Shown: positions 12,405 through 24,843, counted from the stretch's first letter. The stretch: DNA of 51,313 nt from Octopus bimaculoides (GCF_001194135.2 NC_068981.1:133729908-133781220); one strand, 5' to 3'. Notes: generated from the sequence alone by a model not told the origin. A program made the numbers and translations.

Positions 12405-12616
12405 TCTCAAGTTTTAGCACAGGGTGAGCAGTTTTTGAAGGGAGGGGTAATCAGCTATATCGACCCCAGTACTTGACTGCTACTTATTTTATCGACCCCG
12501 AAAGGATGAAAAACAAAGTCAGTGATAGCGGAATTTGAACTCAGAACGTTAAGACGGATAAATGCCGCTAAGCATTTTCTCCGGTGGGATAGAAGTTCTA
12601 TCAGCTCACCACCTTA
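12405..12616 (-). mobile_element. SINE family A
   Basis: Reverse-complement match to the family. Confidence 0.88.
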
Positions 12617-12740
12617 ACATGAAATATAGTAAACATCGAAATGCAAATAAGTAAATAAAAAATATGTATACCACCTCGTGTAAAGTATAAACAACAAACT
12701 CGTATAATTTTAAAACATTACCAAAATAATTTCCAATTAT

Positions 12741-13148
12741 GACATAACCACCACAAGGTCCAGTCCTTGCTGCGGTATGGTGGCTTTATGTTTTAGTGAC
12801 ACAGAGATATTCCGGCAAAACGCTCGCTCCTGGTGCCGCCTCTCATGCTGAACCGGTCAAATGATAAAGGCCAGATTAATATGTACCAACTCTCTCCAGA
12901 GATTAAAATGGGTTTATGTAGAGCCAACGACCTTACAGAAGTATTGATGACAATTAAAAGCAACAGGGCCTGGGAAAGAAAGGCCTTCCGTCGAGGAAAC
13001 AAAACCCAAAAGGGAGGTGAGAGAGAAGCAGAGTTGAAAACGCAAGATACCAACTGTAGAGAAACAAAAAGCACCGTCAAGAGTCGAGATCAGAGGGGAA
13101 AAGTTATCGGTGATCTATGTCCCACAGCGAAGGGTTTAACTAAATAAA
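12741..13148 (+). mobile_element. Short internally deleted RTE-clade element (5' UTR joined to the last ~50 codons)
   Basis: The 3' part translates ...EREAELK...KSRDQRGKVIGDLCPTAKGLTK*, resembling RTE C-termini (A.DR..WR..V..LC.T). The 5' part has an RTE-like GGGTT...GCCAACGACC motif and HDV-like elements. Confidence 0.6.
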
Positions 13149-13240
13149 CATACATTTTATGAGTATGGTCATAACACCTGTAGATGTAGGCAACGTCCTA
13201 ACTTGTAGGTATGTATTTATGCATACATATATATATATAT

Positions 13241-13285
<45 letters not shown>

Positions 13286-13321
13286 ATGCATGTATGTATG
13301 TATGTATGTATGTATATACGT

Positions 13322-13600
13322 GTATAAGGGATGACCACTAGGTGGACATCCAATATGCTAGAAAGAGGTCATCAACGACCCAACCACAAAGAAAAATAAT
13401 GTTCGCCAGAAAAAAACTTCGCAAAACACCATAACAAGACAAAATGAGAAATATACAGAATAAAGAATTAGTTGTGTACCGCGGTTTCGAACATTAACGT
13501 TTTACTTACGTAACAACATCCGAGTTCTCATCAGCACAACCGTTCGAGAATCAATATAATTTGCAGAACTATACACGAATTGTCTTCATGAAATAAGATT
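13322..13600 (-). mobile_element. PLE-type terminal repeat (pseudo-LTR) carrying a hammerhead; homologous to 25595-25950
   Basis: Shared GATGACCA...GTGGAC.TCC.ATATGCTAGAAA block, with the hammerhead at the same relative position. Abuts a CA/TA microsatellite. Confidence 0.75.
13471..13540 (-). ncRNA. Minimal type-I hammerhead ribozyme, intact core (GUA cleavage site)
   Basis: Minus strand GTTGTG-CTGATGA-GAAC...GTTC-GAAAC-CGCG-GTA-CACAAC: 6-bp stem I, G-C closed stem II and palindromic ACCGCGGT stem III. Confidence 0.9.
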
Positions 13601-13690
13601 TGCTCAGCCACTTGCCCGTTAATTTCACGAGCAAGCTGTTCCGTTGATCGGATCAAATGGGACCCTCATCGGCGTAACCGACGGAGTGCC
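13601..13690 (+). mobile_element. 5'-truncated SINE family D 3' end, flanked by the 11-bp TSD ACTATACACGA
   Basis: Direct repeat at 13568-13578 and 13691-13701. Confidence 0.8.
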
Positions 13691-13696
13691 ACTATA

Positions 13697-13945
13697 CACG
13701 ACGACGAGGGTTCCAGTTGATCCGATCAACGGAACAGTCTGCTCGTGAAATTAACGGGCAAGTGACTGAGCACTCCACGGACACGTGTACAGTTAATCGT
13801 AGTTCTCGGGGAGATTCAGTGTGACACAGAGTGTGACAAGGCTGGCCCTTTGAAATACAGGTACAACAGAAACAGGAAGAGTGAGAGAAAGTTGTGGTGA
13901 AAGGGTACAGCAGGGTTCGCCATCACCTCCTGCTGAAGCCTCATG
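13697..13945 (-). mobile_element. SINE family D (central domain shared with 31222-31520)
   Basis: Reverse complement CATGAGGCTTCAGCAGGAGGTGATGGCGAACCCTGCTGTACCCTTTCACCACAACTTTCTCTC aligns to 31318-31400. Confidence 0.8.
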
Positions 13946-14009
13946 GTTCTCATTCCTAAAGTATTTTTCGATGTTATTATTATTATTATTATCATTATTA
14001 TTATTATTA

Positions 14010-14047
<38 letters not shown>

Positions 14048-14149
14048 GTAATAATAATGTAAATAATGTATAAGTGTCATCTGCTAATCTCATAATCTAC
14101 TCAGATGTATAGAGATGTTTAAACTCGCACATGGACAGAGAAATCAATA

Positions 14150-14850
14150 TTTGTGCGAACGTATAGAAGATATAACTGATGATCTTTGTTCTGACAGTTT
14201 ATCGACTATGTGACGCACAACACATGAGAACAATTCTAGAGAATGCTGCAAAATCAGTTTGTTTTTCATGGCTATCAATGAAGGTGAAACCTGTCAATTT
14301 CTTTCAATAATGGCACACAACTCAAAGAAACCTTCAGAACCTTGGATTCTACGTTGCTGGTAATAAGTAAAACTACACGCAAGGAACTAGCTTGAAGTGG
14401 CTATAACAAGCTTCAAAACATCCAGTAATCAAGTATCTCAAAGGCAACAATTCTGGAATTCTTCAAGGCATTTATAGAGGATATCCGTCTCTAAGGAGTT
14501 GAAATCATTTCTCATCAAAAAGGAGCTTTAAGATCGCTTTGTTGCTATGTACACCAGGGTTCAAAATATCTCATTATGTGAGCGCAAGGCTGAAGAGGAG
14601 ATTTATAGACACATCGTTTAACGTAGGTTAGGCTATGCTAGCCATTACTATCATGGAAAACATCATATTTTGGAAACTTTTGCACCCTAAAAGAGGACGA
14701 AAACCACTCAAGTACATTGACATCAATGGCAGCGACACGCAACATGAAACTGAAGACAAACCAAAGTTAATGTGGTACATAAACACGTGGCGCAGCATTA
14801 TGAGATATGTCGCGGTTGCGGCTGTCCAAATAAGAAACAGAGACACTGAA
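14150..14850 (+). mobile_element. Decayed RTE-group LINE RT C-terminal region
   Basis: LENAAKSV..NGTQLK...ELA*SGYNKLQNI..SISKATILEFFKAFIEDIRL*GVE...RLGYASH..IIFWKLLHPKRGRKPLKYID...WRSIM. Confidence 0.75.
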
Positions 14851-14939
14851 AATATCATATAAAACTACTGAAGAAAAAAAAGCTCTTCGACTTTTCATCT
14901 TCCCTAAAATTTTAGACCTTCGGCCCACAGTGGAGGGAT

Positions 14940-15590
14940 ATATTATTATTATTTCATATACGCACAACAGCTTAAACTATTGAAAAAGATTTCCTAACAT
15001 CGGGCTACAACAATTAACCCGAGATGCCAAGAAACTTTATAAGTACCCTAGATGTCGCTAATGATGCTGTTTTCTAGAGCTGCATTAAACTAGGCTTTAT
15101 ACCTATTTCGTCTATCCTGGCAGTGAGACTGCTCGTAAATGCTTTCTGAGAGCATTCCTGTTAACAGCTTCCATACTAATGGTAAGCAAATGATTGATCT
15201 ATAATTACTAGCTATACTGTCCTCACTTTTGTCTTTCATAAGAAGTACTGTTCTCCTTCTTGTCATCAAACTATTTAAGCAATGCTGAAGTTGTTCTCAC
15301 AGTTTCCCATGTATGCTACTCTTGAACTAAATTTGGTCCCGGGCCCTTCCAATTCGGCATTCTTCCTACCACTTTACTCATTAATACACGAGTTAGTTTT
15401 AGATCTGGCTGCTTCTCACTGACTACTTCTTCCTTCACTTCCTTTAACCATGCTGCATCTCCATTATGATTGACTGGCTTATCTCAGATATTACTCCAGA
15501 ACTTTCTAGCTTCTTCTGCATTAGGCTTCTCATCTTCAGCACTTCTTTCTACACTATTTTCTATAAAATCTCTGTTGGTCTGCCTCAAAC
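14940..15590 (-). mobile_element. Internally deleted R4/Dong-clade LINE with (AAT)n tail
   Basis: Minus strand PNAEEARKFWSNI*DKPVNHNGDAAWLKEVKEE...MPNWKGPD...RTVLLMKDK...NYRSIICLPLVWKLLTG, joined to the C-terminal EIGIKPSLMQL*KTASLATSRYL, then a 3' UTR and ATAATAAT. Confidence 0.85.
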
Positions 15591-15593
15591 GAT

Positions 15594-15852
15594 AAGGCGG
15601 CGAGCTGACAGAATCGTTAGCATGCCGGGTGAAATGTTTAACTGCAGTTCGTCCGTCATAACGTTCTGAGTTCAAATTCTGTCGAGGTCGACTTTGCGTT
15701 CCATCTTTTCGGGGTCGATAAATTAAGTATAAGTGAAACGCTGGATTCGATGTAATCGACTAGTCTTCTCCCACCAAAATTTCAGGCCTTGTGCCTTTAG
15801 TAGAAAGAATTATTATTATTATTATCATTATTATTATTATTATCATTATTAT
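15594..15852 (+). mobile_element. SINE family A, copy 1 of tandem trimer, (ATT)n tail
   Basis: Full head, core and tail. Confidence 0.93.
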
Positions 15853-15853
15853 T

Positions 15854-16081
15854 GAGACGGTGAGCTGGTAGAATCGTTAGCGCACCAGGAAAAATGCTTA
15901 GCAGCTTTTCATTCGTCTTCGTGTTCTGAGTTCAAATGCTGCCGAGGTCGACTTTGCCTTTTATCCTTTCGGGGTCGATGAAATAAGTACCGGTTGAGTA
16001 CTGGGTTCAATATAATCGACTAGTCCCCTCCCCATAAATTTCAGGCCTTGTGCCTCTATTAGTAGTAGTAGTAGTAGTAGT
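15854..16081 (+). mobile_element. SINE family A, copy 2 of tandem trimer, (AGT)n tail
   Basis: Full head, core and tail. Confidence 0.93.
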
Positions 16082-16311
16082 AAGGCGGTGAGGTGACAGA
16101 ATCGTTAGCACGCTGGGGCGAAATGCTTAGCGGTATTCCGCCCGTCACTACGTTCTGTGTTCAAATTCCGACGAGGTTGACTTTGCCTTTCATCCTTTCG
16201 GGGTCGATAAATTAAGCACCGGTGAAACACTGGGGGCGATATAATCGACTAGACCCCTCCCCAAAAATTTCAGGCCTGGAGCCTTTAGTAGAAGGGATTA
16301 TTATCATTATT
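16082..16311 (+). mobile_element. SINE family A, copy 3 of tandem trimer
   Basis: Full head, core and tail. Confidence 0.93.
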
Positions 16312-17007
16312 AAAAAAGACAATCAAATAATGATATAGTTCTCACTATATAATATGAGATTAAAAATATAGAAACTTGTCAAGATAAATTTCGGAAAGTA
16401 TGCCAATAACTAAAATGATTTTGTTTCGTATGTTAATCACGAATTATTTTCTATCATTAAGTGTGTATATATTTCGATAAGTTGAACCCAATATTATCAC
16501 CAAGAAAGAAGGAAAAATAGACGCAAAAAACACATTAATATACCGAGAACGAAGCTAAAATTGTTTTTCTTTTTTTTTTTCACAATACTTATTAGTTTGA
16601 AATATATTTACTCCAAACTGACAGTATTTTCTATAATTGTGATTGGTTTTGCTTTTATTGGACTTTTTTATACTATTATTTAGAGCTTTCAGAGTGGCCG
16701 AAAAGATGCTGCGAAGTGGATTGAATATCTTACAGTGTCTAGTTTTCTCTTTCTCTACTTGCTGAATTCGAAATTTTATGAGTTGGCCTTTCATACATCC
16801 GGGTTTTGGTGGCACAAAGCCCACAGCAAGTATTGAAATCAGTTCATCGTCAACACCCCTCCCCACCTATAATTTTGTGTCAATTGTTCCAGTCCAAAAT
16901 AGCGACATATAAAGCTACAATAACTATAAAAATACTCTGATAGCTTTGACTTCATAGATTTGAGATTTGCATAATCTATGGTGTCTGATTGGTGGAGATA
17001 ACTTACA

Positions 17008-17160
17008 GATGTAAGCATGGCTGTGTGATTAAGCAGTTCGCTTCGCAACCAAATGGTTTCAGGTTTGGTTCCACTCTGTGGTACCTTGAACAAGTGTCCC
17101 TTACGATAGTCTAGTGGGAACCAGTGCCTTGTAAGTGAATTTGGTAAACTGTATGTATAA
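17008..17160 (+). mobile_element. SINE family B (GGCGTGGCTGTGTGGTAAGAAG head), 5' half
   Basis: Aligns with the heads at 29361 and 40249. Confidence 0.7.
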
Positions 17161-17534
17161 CTTGCTATATATAGTAACAAGGAGAATGGAGTGAACAGTT
17201 CGATATATTGTATAATTTTACAATTGTTTCATCAACATTTCACCAGAAGATTGTTGCTACAATATTGTCATATAATATACGAAATAATACATCATATCAG
17301 AATTAGCTTATCAATACCAGAAAATATCGACTCATCGATTTGCTGAATGAACCCGTATTTCATGGAATATATAAAGGACAAATAAATAAATAAGACAATA
17401 CATCTTTGTGTCTCCAAAATCATACGTCTATTAATATCTAGTTTAAAGTCAATAAGGTGACTCATCACATCTTTCAGTACCTACTTTGTAATTCTTATAA
17501 AGAATTTATCCTATTTTAAATCTTAAATATATAT

Positions 17535-17572
17535 ATCATCATCATCATCATCATCGTTTAACGTCCGCTTTC
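17535..17572 (-). mobile_element. 3' end of a LINE/SINE with (GAT)n tail, truncated by a gap
   Basis: Reverse complement GAAAGCGGACGTTAAACGATGATGATGATG. Confidence 0.5.
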
Positions 17573-20500
17573 NNNNNNNNNNNNNNNNNNNNNNNNNNNN
17601 NNNNNNNNNNNNNNNNNNNNNNNNNNNNNNNNNNNNNNNNNNNNNNNNNNNNNNNNNNNNNNNNNNNNNNNNTGGTGGTGTGCGGTGTGGTGTGGTGGTG
17701 TTGGGGTGTGGAGGAGGCGAGAGTGAGGGAAGCAAGGGTCGGGTGAAGTGGGATGGGATGCATGTGTATGATTAAACAACAACTTGAAGACCATTTTTGC
17801 GCATTTGGGGAGGAAAGGTACCCATGATAATAATGTCCATCTTCTGCCACTTCTCGTCCCTCATATGTATTGGAGTGCCATAGCTGTTAATTCCTCCCGG
17901 AGTTGACAGAATATAGCGTCAGTGAAGTACTATGGTCGACATTTGTAAATAAAATATTTTATATAGTACCAGGTACAAGAAATGAAGAATATATAAAGAT
18001 ATATCAAGAAAATATAGAATGACTTTAATAGAAATAGAGTGAAAGATAAAAGATAAGTGTAAGAGAAGCGGAGACAGAGATTGAATAACGTACATGGAGT
18101 GAAAATCTGACTAAATTATTTATTCATACCATTGGTTTCACACTGTTCTTTTTCATATTTCGTGTTTTTAAAAAAAGACATAATTCAAATCTCTAGATTT
18201 ATCTCTAATGCATGGAAAATATTAATTGTTAATTCAGATTTTCTGCCAGAGGCAAAGAAAGGAAGTTAACAGATAATTCAAGATCATTATTGGTGATATT
18301 ATTTAATTACAAATCTTACTTTCCTCGCCACAAACCTACCATTTTCTTGTTAGCTTTGGCAGAGTGTCGAATAAACATGCCTTCCAGAACTTACATCGTT
18401 CTAAGTTCAAATCCCACTAAGATTACTTTTATTTTGCGTAAGAAAAAAAGATGGAGTTAAAATGGATCGTCGTCGTTCACGATGATGAATAGTCAGTTTT
18501 TCGATCAATTGAATCCTCTGCTCATTAAATTAGCATGCAAATGACCTAACATTCCATATAAACGTGAAATGTACGCGAACTCTTAATGGAATTCTCACGT
18601 AGAATTTGCGTTACATGGTGTATGACAAGGCTGTGCTTTCGAATCACAGGTACACTCCATTCGATAGACTTCCGCACAATTTCTGTCCATCTAATTCCCC
18701 TTATGACGTTTGTATTGACCCAAGACAATGGTAAAAAGGCACCACGCAGCGGAATTGAATTCAAGATTTCGTGATTGCAAATCAGTATTCTTAACCATTC
18801 CACATTCACAATACTTTATTGCTATCACTTGAATAAATATCACAGTTATACATTAAAGTCGATTCGCTCGAGTATACCCTGCACCTAAAATTTGTTGATT
18901 TGTGCCAAAGCCAGAAACAATGACTTATTCTTTAATTAATCAATTTTGGTATTTTCTCACTTTTTGCAAAATAATAGATGTAATTACTAAATTATGTGTA
19001 ATTTCTAAAAAAAAATCTAATTTTAAATTTTACTACATTTTCAAATTGAAATCGGTGTGAAATATAATGATGGTTATTACTAATCTTAAACCCAAGAGAA
19101 ATTTTATTTCGTCTACTTTCAATAATTCTTAATTTGTTATCCGGGAGGGAAAATAGTTGCAATGTGTTTACAATGTAGACAGTGTAGTAAACAGATTAAC
19201 TTAACTCTATAATCGTTCCTCAAATCAACGATTTCTTTCGTAAATTTTAAACTACACAAATAGCCGGTGGGCAACGTATTTTATCAAATTTTATATCATT
19301 CTTTTAAAAATATTATTTTTACTGTTCGGGTGAAAATTTTAAATCATCGGTAAATTAATATCGAATTCTATATTATATAGCAAATTAATATCGATGTTTG
19401 ACAAGATAAGAAACCAACTTATTGGCCAAAGGCTCAAACGTCTCTAACAAAAATATTCAATTCTCAATATTTCAATCTAGTTAACTATGAATCAGTGCTG
19501 TGTGTTAAAGAAGTGAGAATTTACGCTGTATGATTAATGAATTTTTTATCAGCTTTGTCTACACTGTATATCAATACTCTTCTCTGTGACGTAAATATAC
19601 AATACAAGTGACTACAACAAATGTTCTAACACATAGAACATGATCTCAAAGTCTGTCAAATCACAGTGTTTTAGAGTCGACTCTAACCTTTGACAAGTTC
19701 TTATTTTACCGTTACTTGAAGGTTGAAAGACTTTATTGGGGTCCGAACTCAGAGCGTTAAGGGACGTATGCCAATACTGTAAGACGTTATCCGACGTCCT
19801 GACGATTTTATGTTTTGTTAATAAGTACAAGGTCAAATCTCGTAACTATGGTATATTGACAGTTTTTTGTTAATATGTTTTTCGGTAATTTGTTTTTTGC
19901 TAATCTAGTAATATTTAAACGTTTTTCAATAGGAAAGTTCAGGTGAGACAGGAAGAAAAGAATATCTAGCTAGGTCTATCTCCAATCAATAGCTTAAGGT
20001 TGGTTATAATGAAAAATGGTGGTGAATGTTTTTGAACATCTAGTTTCTGATTCAGAATTAAAACCGACTTTTCCTTGCATTATTTTCCTAAATTAGACGG
20101 TATGAATAGGTAAAATGAGATTAAGATTACAGAATATGCATTTAATGCACAACACAGCATGAAATAGAATTAAAATAATTAAAATATTACGAAACTTGGT
20201 TGGCTGTGGATGAATTAAGAATGCAAACATATTCATTCTACATATTTGTTATGTAGAGAGAAAAAATCGGTAGTCTCTTACGGACCATTTCCCGACTTGT
20301 TGGTCACTCCTCAGAGAAAAAGTACCAGCTTCCTTCTCCAGTCCATAACATACATCAATTAAAATTAATCAAATTTTATATCATTGCTTTTAATTAAAAT
20401 ACCACCTCTTCCGCTGATAAGTTTTCACATCGAATAGGGAAAATAAATAAGCAACAACTTGCTGTTGGCTTTTATGTTTCGCTGTTATTGTTATCTTGAA

Positions 20501-21256
20501 CCAGCAGAGCTACGATCAATTACGTTTACTGCACCTGGAACCACATTATTTCATATCATTTCTTTTCTAAGACGGCTTGGTATTATTTTGCAGGAATATT
20601 TGATTCCGTCAGTTTGAGCGCTTAGCTTGGTAAGTTAAGGATATTTATCAACTATAGAAGAACTTGAGCTTGCATCGATCTCGGAGGCATTTTTGGTAGC
20701 TTCTATAACAGATTATTTTACTTAAGGACATAACTCACACATTTTCAAAAGAAGTCAATTTGTAAGTAAGACTTTTCACTTGAAAATTCATGTTAAAAGT
20801 GAAGTGTAATTGGTTTCAACTAAAAACCATATTGGAATAGCAGGATATTTTTCTCCTGTCCTACGGCACCAATAGGAAGAATATTTCAAAATTAGAAATC
20901 CCAAACATATCTTGGTAAAAGAAATTGATTCCGCTATTAAGAAAAGCATCGATGAAAATTGTTTTGTTCACATTCTGTTGAATATCATCATCCTTTCATA
21001 AAATTGTATGCGGGTGCAATGAAGTTCTGTTGCTCAATGTACATGTTTTTGTCTTTTTTTTTCGAAAGTCTGTCACATAGCGAGTGCTAGAATGCTTTAG
21101 GTCTTTTTTTCCTCGTCTGTTAGAATGTTTAAAACATTAAACATCCAACAAGGTGATCGCTTCCAACAGTGTCGTCTTTTTTTTTTTGTCCTTCAAGTAG
21201 TAAGTTTGATAGGGCTTATCATACCTAAATTCTTAATTAGCTTCCTCCTCTTTCTT

Positions 21257-21287
<31 letters not shown>

Positions 21288-21309
21288 TTCTTTAAGATAA
21301 TATCCCAGT

Positions 21310-21900
21310 CTTTTGTAAATGCCTTGTCTTCAAGACGGAAAACCTCAATGATACCACATAATACCGACATATTGATCCCACATTAAACATCAAAGACGTG
21401 ACGGAAGCAGTTGCAAACAAACCCTTCCCTCATCATCTCTCTCTCTCTCTCTCATCATCTCTCTCTCTATCTATCTATCTCTCTTACTTTCTCTCTCTCT
21501 TACTTTCTCTCTCTCTCTTACTTTCTCAATTCTGATGTACCCAGAGTACAGTAATATCTACCAAACACTGTTTTTATTTCCGTATTAATGACATACTTGC
21601 AATATTCCCTAACATACAACCTTATGTTGGTAATACCTTTCCATCCCTTTTTAGCTTCTCCACACAGATGTCATCTCTAAACACTTCAAACAACTCACAC
21701 CATACACACATTTCCTCCATTATCAATGAATGTGAGAACATGGCTTTCTAGTCTCTTCCAACAGCGCAAAGACTAAATCTATTCTCAATATATCAATTAA
21801 ACAGATTTGATCTCACTACCACACACCATCAAAACTCTCGAAGTCGCTACAAATGCCAAGCCTCACGATGTGTGGTGTTTTCACATAGTAACCAAACACC
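21310..21900 (+). pseudogene. Heavily decayed CR1/jockey-group RT fragment interrupted by (CT)n
   Basis: DVP..STVI...INDILAIFPNIQPYVGNT corresponds to GVPQGSVL...INDL...IHSYADD. Confidence 0.45.
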
Positions 21901-21963
21901 ACAAAGCTTTGATTCCTCTATGGGTGCAAAAAATACTTTGTCTCGAATCAATTTGATCCCTTT

Positions 21964-22180
21964 AAGGCGGCGAGCTGGCAGAAATGTTAGCACGCCGGGT
22001 GAAAAGCTTAACGATATTTCGTCTGTCTCTACGTTCTGAGTTCAAATTCCGCCGAGGTCGACTTTGCTTTTCATCCTTTCGGGGCCGATAAATTAAGTAC
22101 TTGTTGCGTAATGAGGTCGATCTAATTGACTGGCCCCCTCGCCAAAAATTTCGGACCTCGTGCCTAGAGTAGAAAAGAAT
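21964..22180 (+). mobile_element. SINE family A with a perfect 13-bp TSD
   Basis: ATTTGATCCCTTT at 21951-21963 and 22181-22193. Confidence 0.97.
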
Positions 22181-22539
22181 ATTTGATCCCTTTCAAAACT
22201 CAAGTAATACTTATATTAAATACTGCTCACATGTATTAAATGTTGCTGTTTCTGTACACTGCTCTATCTATGTGCCATATCTATTTTTCTGATTTATTAA
22301 GATTCTCACCATGCTACAATCAGCAACCCACTGATGCGTGGTTTCCTCCTTTTGCTCTTCCTTCTCTTCTGTCGTTACCAACACAGCCTCTACTCCTCTG
22401 AACTGGTTAACCGCATATCTTCCCGACCCAGATCCAACCCAATCCATCAATCACTTTTCTTGTTATCCTCACTGTAGTCATCTCTCAGGTACATTTTAAA
22501 CGTGTCACGCAATCCTCCCGCCAGTATTTTATCTGCAAA

Positions 22540-23310
22540 ACCCATCCAGCCATCCATCTTCTCCCCCTCACTGTTCCTGTGGGATTCGTGTGGGGTAGAG
22601 AGCCCTCAGGCACTTCTCCGTAAGGTCCCGTCAGAAGCAATCGCCATTAGACTTCCCAGTTGGATTCCCAAGCGTGACCAACTAAAACTACTGATATTAT
22701 CCAACCATCTCGTTCTTGGTTTACCTTAGGTCTCTGCCGGTTGCCCTGACTTGAATAATTTGTCTTGCGGTTCTTTCTAATTGCATGTAGTACCTGATCT
22801 GAAACCTCTAAATGCAGAAAAGTAGCAGATAAACATGGAGAGACTCCCTGATCGCCGAGTTACACACCCTGTCGAGTAACGTTACTCCAGCGATCCTCCA
22901 GAAGAACGCCATTTCAGCAGCTTGTATTCGCGATAATACTCTTAACCGAACATTCATGACCGTGGTTGAAGATGGACATGAAACCAACTTAAAGATAGCG
23001 TGTTTGACTTTGTCACCAACCTCTCCTCGTCTGAAGATCGAAGGCTGGAGCTGACACATGACTGTGCCAGTACCTGCCATTCTCGCATCCAATCAACCTC
23101 CTGATTTCCGTCACTCGTAATACCTAAACTTATCCGCTTCTCTCAGTAGTGTTCCACTAACATGCAAGATTCACTGGAAAGGATTTCTTGAGCGGACTAA
23201 CGTCTCAGTCTTCACAGCGTTAATTCCCTGCAAACAACCTCCCAAATGCTTCAGCTGAATCCCCGGTCATGAGTACTTCTACACATCTGCTGACTTACAT
23301 GTAGATATAA
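22540..23310 (-). mobile_element. RTE LINE (Expander/Rex3-like) 3' fragment
   Basis: KTETLVRSRNP...LSRIQAAEMAFFWRIAGVTLLDRVCNSAIRESL...GKPRTRWLDNISSFSWSRLGIQ, ending in a GATGG-type tail. Confidence 0.88.
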
Positions 23311-23954
23311 ACAACTGAAATATTATCATGTTATATTGATGACAATTTTACTATCTCTGTGATGTGTTGCTAATGACACAATTGCAAGCACTACCTTTCC
23401 TGTTTGTTTCCTAATTAATGAAATCAAGTTTCCTATTGCGTAGTCTTATGTCTATATTTTTCGGAGTTTGATCCAAAAACGAAATAGTTAACGAATAACA
23501 AACATTATAAGATTGTACAACTCTAAAATTGCTTTTCTTCTCGTTCTATAGATCTTCAGCATTATTTAAACTTACCTTCTTTTTTATATTTTTTATCGCT
23601 CTACTTTGACGCTTTTCTTCGTTCTATGTGAGGTATGAGTTAATTCGCTTTACTCTAAAAAGACAAAAAATATATATATATTCATGGTTTCATAACTATT
23701 TTCTTCACTCCTCTTCGATTTATTAAAAGGAATAGAGAGATCGCAAAACAAAAAAGTTTCCTAAAGCCATATAAACGTTTTCTTTCAGATGAATTATTTT
23801 CCCTTTTACCTACAATGCACACATTCCAACGATTTCAGCTCAAGCGGAAGTCATCTTCGCATTCAAATGTTTCTTCTGGCAAATTTCAGCGTAAAATTTC
23901 TCAAAGAAAAATACAAAACAAATATGAAAATCATTGAAAATATTACGACTGCTA

Positions 23955-24093
23955 AACACACACACACGCGCGCGCACTCACGCGCACACACACACACACG
24001 CACACACACACACACAACACACAATACACAAATACAAACACACACACTCACAAATACACACACACACATATATATGTATGTACGTATATATAC

Positions 24094-24126
<33 letters not shown>

Positions 24127-24136
24127 NNNNNNNNNN

Positions 24137-24167
<31 letters not shown>

Positions 24168-24269
24168 AGCATATATGTGTGTGAGTTTATATGTATATAT
24201 ACATGTAAATAAATATGTATGTGTGTATATATATGTATCTATATATGTTTGCATATGTATGTCTGTATG

Positions 24270-24303
<34 letters not shown>

Positions 24304-24332
24304 TGTATGTATGTATGTATGTATGCATGCAT
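23955..24332. repeat. Compound (CA)n/(TA)n/(TATG)n microsatellite
   Basis: Direct reading. Confidence 0.95.
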
Positions 24333-24535
24333 GTATTGAAATTAGCAGTCTATTAGGAAATAGCAAGAACTAACGAGAGAAAACTATTAAAACGTAACAT
24401 GTAAAGAACTTCCGCGGAGGGAACAGAGAAAATTGCAAATACGAATGCAATTATAGATAGTCAGAAGCATAAAAAGAAACCGGAGAGATTTCTCGTAATA
24501 CATTAGAAAGTGAATAAATGGAGTGATGCAGAAAT

Positions 24536-24536
24536 A

Positions 24537-24577
<41 letters not shown>

Positions 24578-24583
24578 AAACAT

Positions 24584-24656
<73 letters not shown>

Positions 24657-24709
24657 GACAGACAGACAGATAGACTGACAGACAGAAAGATAGAGAGACA
24701 GACATACAG

Positions 24710-24785
<76 letters not shown>

Positions 24786-24786
24786 G

Positions 24787-24843
<57 letters not shown>

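Noticed and set aside
16684-16734. Possible exon SFQSGRKDAAKWIEYLT, reminiscent of a PH-domain terminal helix
   Set aside because: Weak donor site and no flanking exons; the similarity is too short.
20595-20630. 36-nt segment with good acceptor (TTTTGCAG) and donor (GTAAGT)
   Set aside because: Stops in all three frames; at most a non-coding exon.
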